DNA of 46,288 nt, taken from assembly GCA_038527085.1 (NCBI GenBank), contig JBCBGD010000001.1, positions 240-46,527 of the forward strand, read 5' to 3'. This DNA comes from Pseudomonadota bacterium. Lineage in GTDB: Bacteria; Pseudomonadota; Alphaproteobacteria; Caulobacterales; Hyphomonadaceae. The translations under genes were made by a program, and so were the position numbers. The notes beneath the pieces were generated by a model. The model ran no database searches. It had not been told where the DNA came from and worked only from the letters and a program-made list of their open reading frames with translations. The stretch's first letter is position 1. Every line of letters starts with the position of its first letter. Positions 1 through 8,010 of this stretch are shown piece after piece.

Positions 1-22
1 ATACACCGAGAGCTAAGGCCGC

Positions 23-178
23 CTATTTGCCCGCCTTGCGGTAGAGTTCGCGGGTCTTGGCTTCCTGGCGCCGCACTTGAGCGCGAGTGACCTGTCTCGA
101 CCTGATCGTGGCGTAGGCCATACCAATCCCGGCCAGTGTGATGGCGACGCCTGCGAAGGCCCAGATGTATCCTGTCAT
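23..178 (-). CDS. small hypothetical membrane protein (51 aa, below the ORF-track cutoff)
   Basis: Hand translation of the minus strand gives ATG at 178..176 and TAG at 25..23. Product: MTGYIWAFAGVAITLAGIGMAYATIRSRQVTRAQVRRQEAKTRELYRKAGK, one hydrophobic helix followed by a basic tail. AAGGA lies about 9 nt upstream. Third codon positions are mostly G/C, like neighbouring genes. Confidence 0.35.
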   Translation of the reverse strand: MTGYIWAFAGVAITLAGIGMAYATIRSRQVTRAQVRRQEAKTRELYRKAGK

Positions 179-340
179 TGGGGTGTCCTTTGATCCTTAG
201 AGGACGAGCAACAGTCCAAGACGGAAGCCTGTTCCGAGGGTGCGACATCGAATACCGCGCCGACGGCGAGGCCCGAGGCGGCTGCAATGGCAGCAGTTTG
301 GCTTGCTGCATGGCCCAACTGAGTTAAACCAAGGCTCCAA

Positions 341-823
341 ATGAAAGGACCGCAATCCATGGCCGATGCCGAAAACCAGCTCATCATGAAAACCTCAAAG
401 GGCGAGGTGACGATCGACCTCAGACCTGACCTCGCGCCCAACCATGTGGCGCGGATCAAGGAGCTGGCGCGTGAAGGCTTCTATGACGGTATCATCTTTC
501 ACCGCGTGATCGACGGCTTCATGGCGCAGGTGGGTTGCCCGGATGGAACCGGAATGGGTGGCTCGTCAAAACCCGACCTGAAGCAGGAGTTCAATGCAGA
601 GCCGCACGTACGCGGGACCTGCTCCATGGCGCGGACCAACGATCCCAACTCCGCCAACAGCCAGTTCTTCATCTGTTTTGACGATGCGCGGTTCCTCGAC
701 AAGCAGTACACGGTTTGGGGGCGAGTCAGCGCCGGAATGGATGTGATCGACGCGATCGAGAAGGGCGAGCCGCCGCGCAATCCCGACAAGATCGACTCCA
801 TGAAGGTGGCTGCCGACGTTTAA
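341..823 (+). CDS. ppiB: cyclophilin-type peptidyl-prolyl cis-trans isomerase
   Basis: Cyclophilin core motifs are present: FHRVIDGFMAQVGCPDGTGMGGS and NSANSQFFICF. Length is typical (about 155-160 aa). The start could be ATG 341 or ATG 359. Confidence 0.9.
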   Translation: MKGPQSMADAENQLIMKTSKGEVTIDLRPDLAPNHVARIKELAREGFYDGIIFHRVIDGFMAQVGCPDGTGMGGSSKPDLKQEFNAEPHVRGTCSMARTNDPNSANSQFFICFDDARFLDKQYTVWGRVSAGMDVIDAIEKGEPPRNPDKIDSMKVAADV

Positions 824-832
824 GGGTCGCCC

Positions 833-2440
833 ATGGCAAAAACTGCCAGGCAAATCGGACGACGGAACGGGCGCGGCACCGGCGTGCTCGGCTCGCGCAT
901 TGCGCGGCTGATTTTCGCGTCAAACCTGGCAGGCCTGGCCATCCTGCTCGTCGGCGCCATGGTGCTGAACGAGATGCGGGCTGGCCTTGTCGTCTCGAAA
1001 AAGCAGGATCTGGAAGCCCAGGCCCAGGTCTTTCAGAACCTGCTAAGCGGCGGTGCCACGCGCGGCACGCCAGAGCCCATGTTGGATGTGGATCTGGCGG
1101 CCGCCGTCATTCGCGACCTGTCCCTGCCTCAGACCATTCGCGCCCAGGTGCGCGGGCCAGAAGAATTGATCGTGGCCGACAGCTTTCTGTTGTCGGACAG
1201 GGTCGACGTTTCCGCGCTTCCGCCCATCAGAGAGCCTGGCACCTGGTCGAAGATAAGCGCGGATCTGTCGAGTTGGGCGAGCAATTTGATGGCCGATATT
1301 CTCCCCGAGCGAGGTGGAGCGTCGGTAAGGGCCCGGACGTTCGAGGAAGAGTTTGCCGCTGCCCTTGAAGGCAACATGGCGTCCAGCCAGCGCTTTTCCG
1401 ATCGCGGCCAGCGCGTGATCTCTGTCTCCGTCCCGATACAACGGGTTTCCGCGGTCGTGGGCGTGCTCACGCTAGAAGCCAGTGATGTGGAAGAAATTGT
1501 GCGCGCCGAGCGCGCGGCGCTGTTGCCCTTCATTCTTGTTGCTGTCCTGGTGGCCTTCATCACGTCCAGTTTGCTGACACTTGGGATCGCGCGTCCCTTG
1601 CGCCGGCTGGCCGTTGCGGCAGACCGGGTCCGCTCAGGGACGTCTGAGAGCCTGGACCTGCCACAGCTTACCCGCCGCAAGGATGAGATTGGGGATTTGG
1701 CGGAGTCGCTCCAGTCGATGACCGACGCGCTGCTGGAGCGCATCGTGGCGAACGAACGATTTGCAGCGGACGTTGCCCATGAGTTGAAAAACCCACTGAC
1801 GTCAATCCGCTCCGCCGTCGAGACGGCCGAAAGGGTTCAGGGCGATCCCGTAGCTCTGGAGAAACTGCGAGGTGTGATTGCCAGCGACGTGAAACGGCTC
1901 GATCGCCTCATCACGGATATCTCGAACGCATCGCGCCTCGAGGCAGAGATTACCCGCGTGCCGACTGCCAAGCTCGACATCGCCCGGCTGTGTGCGGAGA
2001 TTGTCGAGGCCTATGGCGCGATGGCCGGGGAGGGCGACGTTGAGGTAACGTTTGAGGATCGCACCATGGCCGCTGGTTTGAGGGTGCGCGGACGGGAAGG
2101 CCCGCTCGGACAGGTGCTGCGCAATCTGATCGACAATGCGCGATCATTCTCGCCGAAAGATGCAATGGTGCGTGTCAGTCTCGAGCAGGCGAACAATGGC
2201 CGCCAGACGCTTGCGCGGATCATGGTCGAAGACGACGGTCCCGGCATCCCGCCCGACAAGCTCGAGAAGATCTTCGATCGGTTCTATACCGACAGGCCTG
2301 CGGGCGCGGCGTTCGGAAACAATTCCGGTCTCGGGCTGTCGATTGTTGCGCAGATTGTCGAGACCCATCGCGGCAAGGTTGTTGCTGAAAATCGACCAGA
2401 AGGCGGCGCACGGTTCATCATTGATCTACCTGCGGCGTGA
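833..2440 (+). CDS. chvG: ChvG/ExoS/BvrS-type sensor histidine kinase (TM - periplasmic domain - TM - HAMP - HisKA - HATPase)
   Basis: The H-box FAADVAHELKNPLTSIRSAVETAE matches the ChvG family. A HAMP-like segment (ARPLRRLAVAADRV...IGDLAESLQSMTDAL) follows a second TM helix. C-terminal N, G1 and G2 boxes are present (NLIDNARSF, DDGPGIP, GLGLSIV). PTS-Ntr EIIA(Man) and NPr genes lie downstream, as in other alphaproteobacteria. Confidence 0.8.
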   Translation: MAKTARQIGRRNGRGTGVLGSRIARLIFASNLAGLAILLVGAMVLNEMRAGLVVSKKQDLEAQAQVFQNLLSGGATRGTPEPMLDVDLAAAVIRDLSLPQTIRAQVRGPEELIVADSFLLSDRVDVSALPPIREPGTWSKISADLSSWASNLMADILPERGGASVRARTFEEEFAAALEGNMASSQRFSDRGQRVISVSVPIQRVSAVVGVLTLEASDVEEIVRAERAALLPFILVAVLVAFITSSLLTLGIARPLRRLAVAADRVRSGTSESLDLPQLTRRKDEIGDLAESLQSMTDALLERIVANERFAADVAHELKNPLTSIRSAVETAERVQGDPVALEKLRGVIASDVKRLDRLITDISNASRLEAEITRVPTAKLDIARLCAEIVEAYGAMAGEGDVEVTFEDRTMAAGLRVRGREGPLGQVLRNLIDNARSFSPKDAMVRVSLEQANNGRQTLARIMVEDDGPGIPPDKLEKIFDRFYTDRPAGAAFGNNSGLGLSIVAQIVETHRGKVVAENRPEGGARFIIDLPAA

Positions 2441-2505
2441 TTTGTGTCTTGCGCGATGCACTGTATATCGCCGGATGATCAGACGGCAGACGAAGGAAAG
2501 TTGCC

Positions 2506-4122
2506 ATGGTTGACACCGTGAGCTCTCAAGATGGAGCGCCCACCCAGAAAGGATTTCTGGGGTGGGTCGAGCGCACGGGCAACCGACTGCCCGATCCGGT
2601 CTTCATCTTCTTCTATCTGATCATCCTCCTGGTCGCGATCTCGGTCGCGTGCGCCGTGCTTGGGGTCAACGCCGTGCATCCCACGCAGGTCAATGATGAC
2701 GGCTCGCCAGTGGTCGTGGCTGCCGAAAGCTTGCTTTCGGCGACAAACATTCAGCGCCTTTGGGTCGAGATGCCAACGACTTTCACGCATTTCTATCCTC
2801 TAGGCTTTGTTTTGGTGGTGATGTTGGGTGCGGGTGTGGCGGAACGCTCTGGCCTTTTTGCGAGCGCCATTCGCGGAGCGGTGCGCAGCGCACCCACATT
2901 CCTTCTCACACCATTCGTTGCCCTGATCGCAATGCTCTCCAATCACGCCGCAGATGCGGGTTATGTGGTGATGATCCCACTTGCCGCGATCATTTTTGCG
3001 TCGGCGGGACGCCATCCCTTGGCAGGAATTGCGGCAGCATTCGCAGGTGTGTCTGGCGGGTTTTCTGCAAACATTGCCCCTGGGCAGCTCGACGCGCTCC
3101 TGTTCGGCATCACAAAGTCTGCCTACGAAGCCTCTGACATTAACGCCAATTGGACTGAAAACATTGCCGGAAACGCCTATTTCATTATTGCGATCCTTGT
3201 CGTGTACCTGCCTGTCATATGGTACGTCACCGACAGGCTTATCGAACCTCGATTGGGGAAATGGACAGCCGAGCCTGGCACAGATGCAAGCAGCTATGGC
3301 GACGAAAATGCACCGCTGACGGCCGAGCAGAAGCGAGGTCTGGGCTTTGCAGGCTTGGCCATTCTAGGCGTCTGCGGACTTTGGGCCGCAATGACTTTTG
3401 GGCCGGGCACACCGCTTTTGAATGATGGGCCCGATACAGCCGGAGAGCCCTGGTACGTGATCGCCAGTCCGTTTTTCCGGTCGCTCGTCGCGGCCTTTCT
3501 GATTCTCTTTCTTGCGGCGGGCTGGGCTTACGGTGCAGCTGCTGGAACGATCAAATCCCATCGCGATCTTGTCGACATGATGTCGGAAGCGATGAAGGAC
3601 ATGGGATATTACCTGGTGCTGGCTTTTGCGGCGGCTCATTTCGTCGTCATGTTCGGTTGGTCAAATCTTGGGTTGATTACAGCTGTCCATGGAGCTGACA
3701 CGATACAAAACAGCGGACTTCCCTTGCCGGTGGTCATTGGGTTGATTGTCTTGTTCACTGGGCTTTTGAACCTGTTCGTCGGTTCTGCCAGTGCGAAATG
3801 GGCGCTCCTCGCGCCGGTTCTCGTGCCGATGCTGCTTCTTCTCGGCGTCAGTCCCGAGGCTGCGACAGCGGCTTATCGTGTGGGTGATGGCGCAACCAAC
3901 ATCATCACGCCGCTCATGGTGTACTTCCCTCTGATCCTGGTGTTTGCCCAGCGATGGACCCCAGGATTTGGTCTCGGCAGCCTCACCGCAATGATGATTC
4001 CTTATTCGCTCTGGATGCTCGTCTCAGGCGTGATCCTGATTATGATATGGATATTCCTTGGCCTGCCGCTCGGGCCCGGAGCTTCGGCCTCGATCGTGCT
4101 GCCCGAGATTGCGACGCCGTAA
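2506..4122 (+). CDS. AbgT family transporter (p-aminobenzoyl-glutamate/antimetabolite transporter family)
   Basis: A 538-aa polytopic membrane protein. The N-terminus GFLGWVERTGNRLPDPVFIFFYLIILLV is characteristic of AbgT/MtrF family members. Confidence 0.75.
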   Translation: MVDTVSSQDGAPTQKGFLGWVERTGNRLPDPVFIFFYLIILLVAISVACAVLGVNAVHPTQVNDDGSPVVVAAESLLSATNIQRLWVEMPTTFTHFYPLGFVLVVMLGAGVAERSGLFASAIRGAVRSAPTFLLTPFVALIAMLSNHAADAGYVVMIPLAAIIFASAGRHPLAGIAAAFAGVSGGFSANIAPGQLDALLFGITKSAYEASDINANWTENIAGNAYFIIAILVVYLPVIWYVTDRLIEPRLGKWTAEPGTDASSYGDENAPLTAEQKRGLGFAGLAILGVCGLWAAMTFGPGTPLLNDGPDTAGEPWYVIASPFFRSLVAAFLILFLAAGWAYGAAAGTIKSHRDLVDMMSEAMKDMGYYLVLAFAAAHFVVMFGWSNLGLITAVHGADTIQNSGLPLPVVIGLIVLFTGLLNLFVGSASAKWALLAPVLVPMLLLLGVSPEAATAAYRVGDGATNIITPLMVYFPLILVFAQRWTPGFGLGSLTAMMIPYSLWMLVSGVILIMIWIFLGLPLGPGASASIVLPEIATP

Positions 4123-4191
4123 TTCGTGGCTTGACCGGCGCGCAATTCGTGTCAGCGTGGTCGATCGAACCGGTGCCAGGGATGGACACGA

Positions 4192-4593
4192 ATGATTGGT
4201 ATTGTGGTGGTCAGCCACGGCAACTTGTCCCGCGAGCTTGTCGCGGCGGCACAACATGTAGTGGGTACGCAGAAGCGTTTCAGGTCGATCTCCATAGAGG
4301 CTGAGGACGATATCGAAGCGCGCCGCGAAGAGATTCGTGACACCGCAAAAGCCTGCGATGATGGCTCGGGCGTGATCATCCTGACCGACATGTTCGGCGG
4401 CACGCCCTCAAATCTGGCCATCTCGGTGATGAGTGCGGGAAACGTCGAAGTGATCGCTGGCGTAAACCTGCCCATGCTGATCAAGCTGGCCGAGGTGCGC
4501 GACGTGCTCTCGCTGAACGAGGCGTGCGAGGCGGCTGCCGAGGCGGGCCGAAAGTATATCAACATCGCGTCAGAGCTGATGAGCCGTGCCTGA
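4192..4593 (+). CDS. PTS EIIA component, mannose family (PTS-Ntr EIIA-Man, PtsM-like)
   Basis: MIGIVVVSHGNLSREL carries the phosphorylatable His in the VSHG context. ILTDMFGGTPSN is also present. The size (133 aa) and the position next to an HPr-family gene fit this call. Confidence 0.8.
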   Translation: MIGIVVVSHGNLSRELVAAAQHVVGTQKRFRSISIEAEDDIEARREEIRDTAKACDDGSGVIILTDMFGGTPSNLAISVMSAGNVEVIAGVNLPMLIKLAEVRDVLSLNEACEAAAEAGRKYINIASELMSRA

Positions 4594-4915
4594 CATGGAC
4601 GGCGCTGAGCCAGCCCTGCAAAGAGTGACTGTGGTCAATGTGAAGGGCCTGCATGCGCGGGCGTCTGCGGCGCTGTCGAAAGTTGCGGCGGACTTTGACG
4701 CGAAAGTCATCGTGTCCCACCGCGGAGTAAGCGCCAACGCGCGTTCGATCATGGATTTACTGCTGCTCGTCGCCTCGAAAGGCTCGGAAATCGAGATTTC
4801 AGCCACGGGACCGCAAGCCGCCGAAGCCGTCACGGCCGTCGCCAGCCTGGTCGCCGATGGCTTTGGCGAGCAGGATGCGCCAATATCTCCGGATGCGAGC
4901 GAGCCTAGAAGTTAA
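4586..4915 (+). CDS. ptsH: HPr-family phosphocarrier protein (NPr-like)
   Basis: The His15 context VKGLHARASA and the Ser46 context ANARSIMDLLLL are both present. The start may be ATG 4595 instead. The C-terminal 20 aa are a non-conserved tail that overlaps the convergent gene. Confidence 0.8.
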   Translation: MPDMDGAEPALQRVTVVNVKGLHARASAALSKVAADFDAKVIVSHRGVSANARSIMDLLLLVASKGSEIEISATGPQAAEAVTAVASLVADGFGEQDAPISPDASEPRS

Positions 4916-5444
4916 CGCGTGGCGATTGCCCGAGACGTTGGCGGTCGGCCCGCCGCGCCCTTTCGCGACCCTCAGGTGCCTTCAGCGAGGCCACCGTTAT
5001 GTTCCCTGTGGCTGGATCGACATAGGCGGCAGAGATCGATGATACCACCGCCGCGAATTCATCAGCGCTCACCTCGCGGTCGAGGTTCGGATCAAAGCGT
5101 ACGGGGTTCGCTAGCGAGTCATCGCGCGTCGGCAAGCTTTCTGCCCATGCCTGTTGTTCCAGTGCACTAAGGACACCGTCCTCGCTGGCATCAGCCTGCT
5201 CGAAAGCGCGCGCGACGCCCCGCTCCAGTTCTGCAGGCGTCACGACACCGTTCCTGTCGACATCGAAGGACAAGATCAATCCACCCCCGGGCACAAACCG
5301 CGCTGGCGCTTCGCCTGGTCGGACTTCCTTGGCTGTCCCCGTGCCCGGAAGGCGAACGAGATCACCATCGGCAGACTGCGCCAAAGACGCCGCCGCAGGC
5401 ATCAGGCAGACTGCAGCGAGGCAAGATAAGACTGAGCGCAGCAT
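4905..5444 (-). CDS. secreted EF-hand calcium-binding protein
   Basis: A signal peptide MLRSVLSCLAAVCLMPAAASLAQS is present, with GGGAGG 7 nt upstream of ATG 5444. There are three canonical 12-residue EF loops: DVDRNGVVTPAE, DASEDGVLSALE and DPNLDREVSADE. Confidence 0.7.
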   Translation of the reverse strand: MLRSVLSCLAAVCLMPAAASLAQSADGDLVRLPGTGTAKEVRPGEAPARFVPGGGLILSFDVDRNGVVTPAELERGVARAFEQADASEDGVLSALEQQAWAESLPTRDDSLANPVRFDPNLDREVSADEFAAVVSSISAAYVDPATGNITVASLKAPEGRERARRADRQRLGQSPRVNF

Positions 5445-5510
5445 GGAGCGCCTCCCTGGGTACGGGCACAACATAATCATCTGTTGCCGAAAGGCCACAT
5501 GAGAATGCTG

Positions 5511-5837
5511 TTAGACTGAAAAGCTCGTCCCACAGCCGCAGGAGGCTGTCGCGTTGGGATTGTTGATCTTGAAGGCCGCGCCAATCAATTCCGTGGTAAA
5601 GTCAATCTCTGATCCCCGCAGGAACTCCAAGCTCATTTCGTCGATCACCACGCCGACGCCATCGCGCTCGACGAGCAGGTCATCGGTGTTTTGTGCGTCT
5701 TCCAGCTCGAACTTGTAGGAAAAGCCCGAACAGCCTCCGCCATCCACGGAGACGCGCAGAAGCTTGGCATCGGGTTGCTTCGCCAGAATCGCTTTAATGC
5801 GTTGAGCTGCAGCTTCGGTGAGGGTTACATCGGTCAT
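5511..5837 (-). CDS. erpA: iron-sulfur cluster insertion protein, HesB/IscA family (ErpA)
   Basis: 108 aa. It has the internal GGGCSGFSY motif and the C-terminal CGCGTSFSV signature of A-type carriers. Confidence 0.9.
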   Translation of the reverse strand: MTDVTLTEAAAQRIKAILAKQPDAKLLRVSVDGGGCSGFSYKFELEDAQNTDDLLVERDGVGVVIDEMSLEFLRGSEIDFTTELIGAAFKINNPNATASCGCGTSFSV

Positions 5838-7050
5838 GGCTCGAAAGATAAGCGCAGAAGGCGTGCTCGAAAAGAGACAAGCTTGGCTTGCCCCTTACGC
5901 CACCGATTGGCGCGAGACACGCGGTCGCTATTTCAAGGAAACAGAGTCCGCGACCCGCACGCCTTTCCAACGCGATCGCGACAGGATCATTCATGCATCG
6001 GCCTTCCGCCGCCTGAAGCAGAAAACACAGGTGTTTGTCGCCCATGAAGGCGACCACTACCGCACACGGCTGACCCACTCCCTGGAAGTGGCCCAGATCG
6101 CCAGGTCTATTGCGCGCACCCTGAGGCTGGATGAGGATCTCGCAGAAGCCCTCGCGCTCGCCCACGACCTTGGACATCCGCCGTTCGGTCATGCCGGCGA
6201 AGATCAACTCGATCTATGCATGCAAACCTATGAGGGCTTTGATCACAACGCCCAAACCCTGCGCGTGGTGACGAATATTGAGCAATCCTACCCGCTGTTT
6301 GAAGGGCTCAATCTGACCTGGGAGACGCTCGAGGGCCTGGTGAAGCATAATGGGCCGCTGATCTCGGATGAAAGTGAGATCGACAGTCTGCCCGTCGCGT
6401 TTCGCGAGTTCGTGCACCTTCGCGATCTGGAACTCTCTACGTTTGCAGGGGCCGAGGCCCAGGTGGCGGCCCTGTCCGACGATATTGCTTACAACAATCA
6501 CGACATTGACGACGGATTGTCGGCAGGTTTGTTCTCCATGGAAGAGCTGATGGAGATCCCGCTTGTCGGCGACGTCTTTGCCAGTGTGATGGAGGATCAT
6601 CCAGGTCTTGATCGCTCGCGGCTGACAAAGGAGGCTGTTCGCCGCCTGATCGGGCTCTGGATCAATGATCTCACGGGCGAAACCTTGAAGCGAGCTGCGA
6701 AAGACAAGCCTGGTAGCGCCGCCGATGTCCGCCGAATGTCGCGTCCTCTGGTGGCTTTTTCCGATGAACACGACCAGCGCCAGAGCGCCCTTCGCGCTTT
6801 CCTGTACGAGCGCATGTACAAGCACTACAAGGTGAACCGCATGCGCAGCCAGGCCAAGCGCATCCTGGCAGATCTGTTTGAATTGTTCCTCGAGCAGCCA
6901 GATACGCTGCCACCGCCTTGGCGCAGCAATGCCGAGCAGGTCACCGATGCGCGGCGCGCGAGGATCGTCTGTGATTATGTGGCAAGCATGACTGACACTT
7001 ATGCCATCGACGAGCATCGGCGCCTTTTCAATCTCGACTCCATGATCTGA
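5836..7050 (+). CDS. dgt: dGTP triphosphohydrolase-like HD-domain protein
   Basis: FQRDRDRIIHASAFRRLKQKTQVF, THSLEVAQIAR and HDLGHPPFGH are Dgt-family motifs. The start is ATG 5836, or alternatively GTG 5818. Confidence 0.88.
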   Translation: MARKISAEGVLEKRQAWLAPYATDWRETRGRYFKETESATRTPFQRDRDRIIHASAFRRLKQKTQVFVAHEGDHYRTRLTHSLEVAQIARSIARTLRLDEDLAEALALAHDLGHPPFGHAGEDQLDLCMQTYEGFDHNAQTLRVVTNIEQSYPLFEGLNLTWETLEGLVKHNGPLISDESEIDSLPVAFREFVHLRDLELSTFAGAEAQVAALSDDIAYNNHDIDDGLSAGLFSMEELMEIPLVGDVFASVMEDHPGLDRSRLTKEAVRRLIGLWINDLTGETLKRAAKDKPGSAADVRRMSRPLVAFSDEHDQRQSALRAFLYERMYKHYKVNRMRSQAKRILADLFELFLEQPDTLPPPWRSNAEQVTDARRARIVCDYVASMTDTYAIDEHRRLFNLDSMI

Positions 7051-7140
7051 GCTCTCACTGCAATTCACGCGACTGGTCAGTGCTGTTTAGCGCCCGTTAA
7101 CAGACTGGCCCTATCGGTTAACGAAATCTTCTTTTGTGAC

Positions 7141-8010
7141 ATGGGGTTACGCATGAGCCGCTACGGGGATGACCCGATCGATTTTGGTCCGATTGAGGAC
7201 GATTATCGCAGCTATGACCATCAGGGCGAGGAAACCGCCCGCGGCCCTCTGATTCTGGCCCTGGCTGCGGGTGTTCTGATCGTGTTCGGCGCAGTGGTCT
7301 GGAACACATACCGCCAGGGCGTGCGCGCTGATTCTGGTGATCTGCCTCTGATCACGGCGCAGGCCGAGCCCTACAAGCGCCGCCCTGATGATGCGGGTGG
7401 TGCAAGGGTGCCCGACCAGGAACTCCGATTCTATGATGAAATAGATGGTTCGACTCGGGGCGAAGAACAGCCAATTGAGGGGCTGAGGCGTTCGGTCTCG
7501 GCGCAGCCGGAAGACACGCTTGCGGGCGGCGCTGGTGACGCATTGCCTGCCCCTGCGACAGGCAGTGAAGGCGACTACAACGCCCAGACCGGTTTGAGCG
7601 CGCCAAGGCGCACCGCCCAGTCCGAAGGACGCCAGCAGATCGCTGTGCTGGATGAGGCGACCCAGGCGCTGGCGGCGGCGCAGGATACAACGTTTGATGT
7701 TCCAGTGGTGGCAGTGGCCCCTGACCAAAATGCAATGAGCGCGATGTTTGAGTTCGCGCCCAGCGGGGCCTACCTTGTGCAAGTCGCTGCGCTGAGAGAT
7801 GAGGCGCGCGCAGAATCCACCTGGGAGTATCTGTCTGGCAGCTATCCGCGTATCTTTGCTGGCGCCGAAAAACGGATCCAGCGCGCCGACCTTGGCGCCA
7901 GGGGCGTGTTTTATCGGCTTCGCGTCGGCGCCTTCGACTCAAGAACTGCCGCCAGCGAATTCTGTGAAGCCTTAAAATCGACCGGGAATGACTGCATCAT
8001 CGTCCAATGA
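7141..8010 (+). CDS. SPOR domain-containing membrane protein
   Basis: An N-terminal TM helix (LILALAAGVLIVFGAVVW) is followed by a low-complexity linker. The C-terminal SPOR-like region is YLVQVAALRDEARAESTW...GVFYRLRVGAFDSRTAASEFCEAL. The start could be ATG 7141 or 7153. Confidence 0.75.
   Translation: MGLRMSRYGDDPIDFGPIEDDYRSYDHQGEETARGPLILALAAGVLIVFGAVVWNTYRQGVRADSGDLPLITAQAEPYKRRPDDAGGARVPDQELRFYDEIDGSTRGEEQPIEGLRRSVSAQPEDTLAGGAGDALPAPATGSEGDYNAQTGLSAPRRTAQSEGRQQIAVLDEATQALAAAQDTTFDVPVVAVAPDQNAMSAMFEFAPSGAYLVQVAALRDEARAESTWEYLSGSYPRIFAGAEKRIQRADLGARGVFYRLRVGAFDSRTAASEFCEALKSTGNDCIIVQ

Noticed and set aside
175-459. A 94-aa minus-strand ORF overlapping the ppiB start.
   Set aside because: It overlaps a well-supported cyclophilin gene on the other strand, has no motifs and has no ribosome-binding site. 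The shorter 23..178 ORF in a different frame fits better.
7095-7125. Two GTTAAC sites upstream of the SPOR gene, considered as a CtrA box (TTAA-N7-TTAA).
   Set aside because: The spacing between the TTAA half-sites is 17 nt, not 7.
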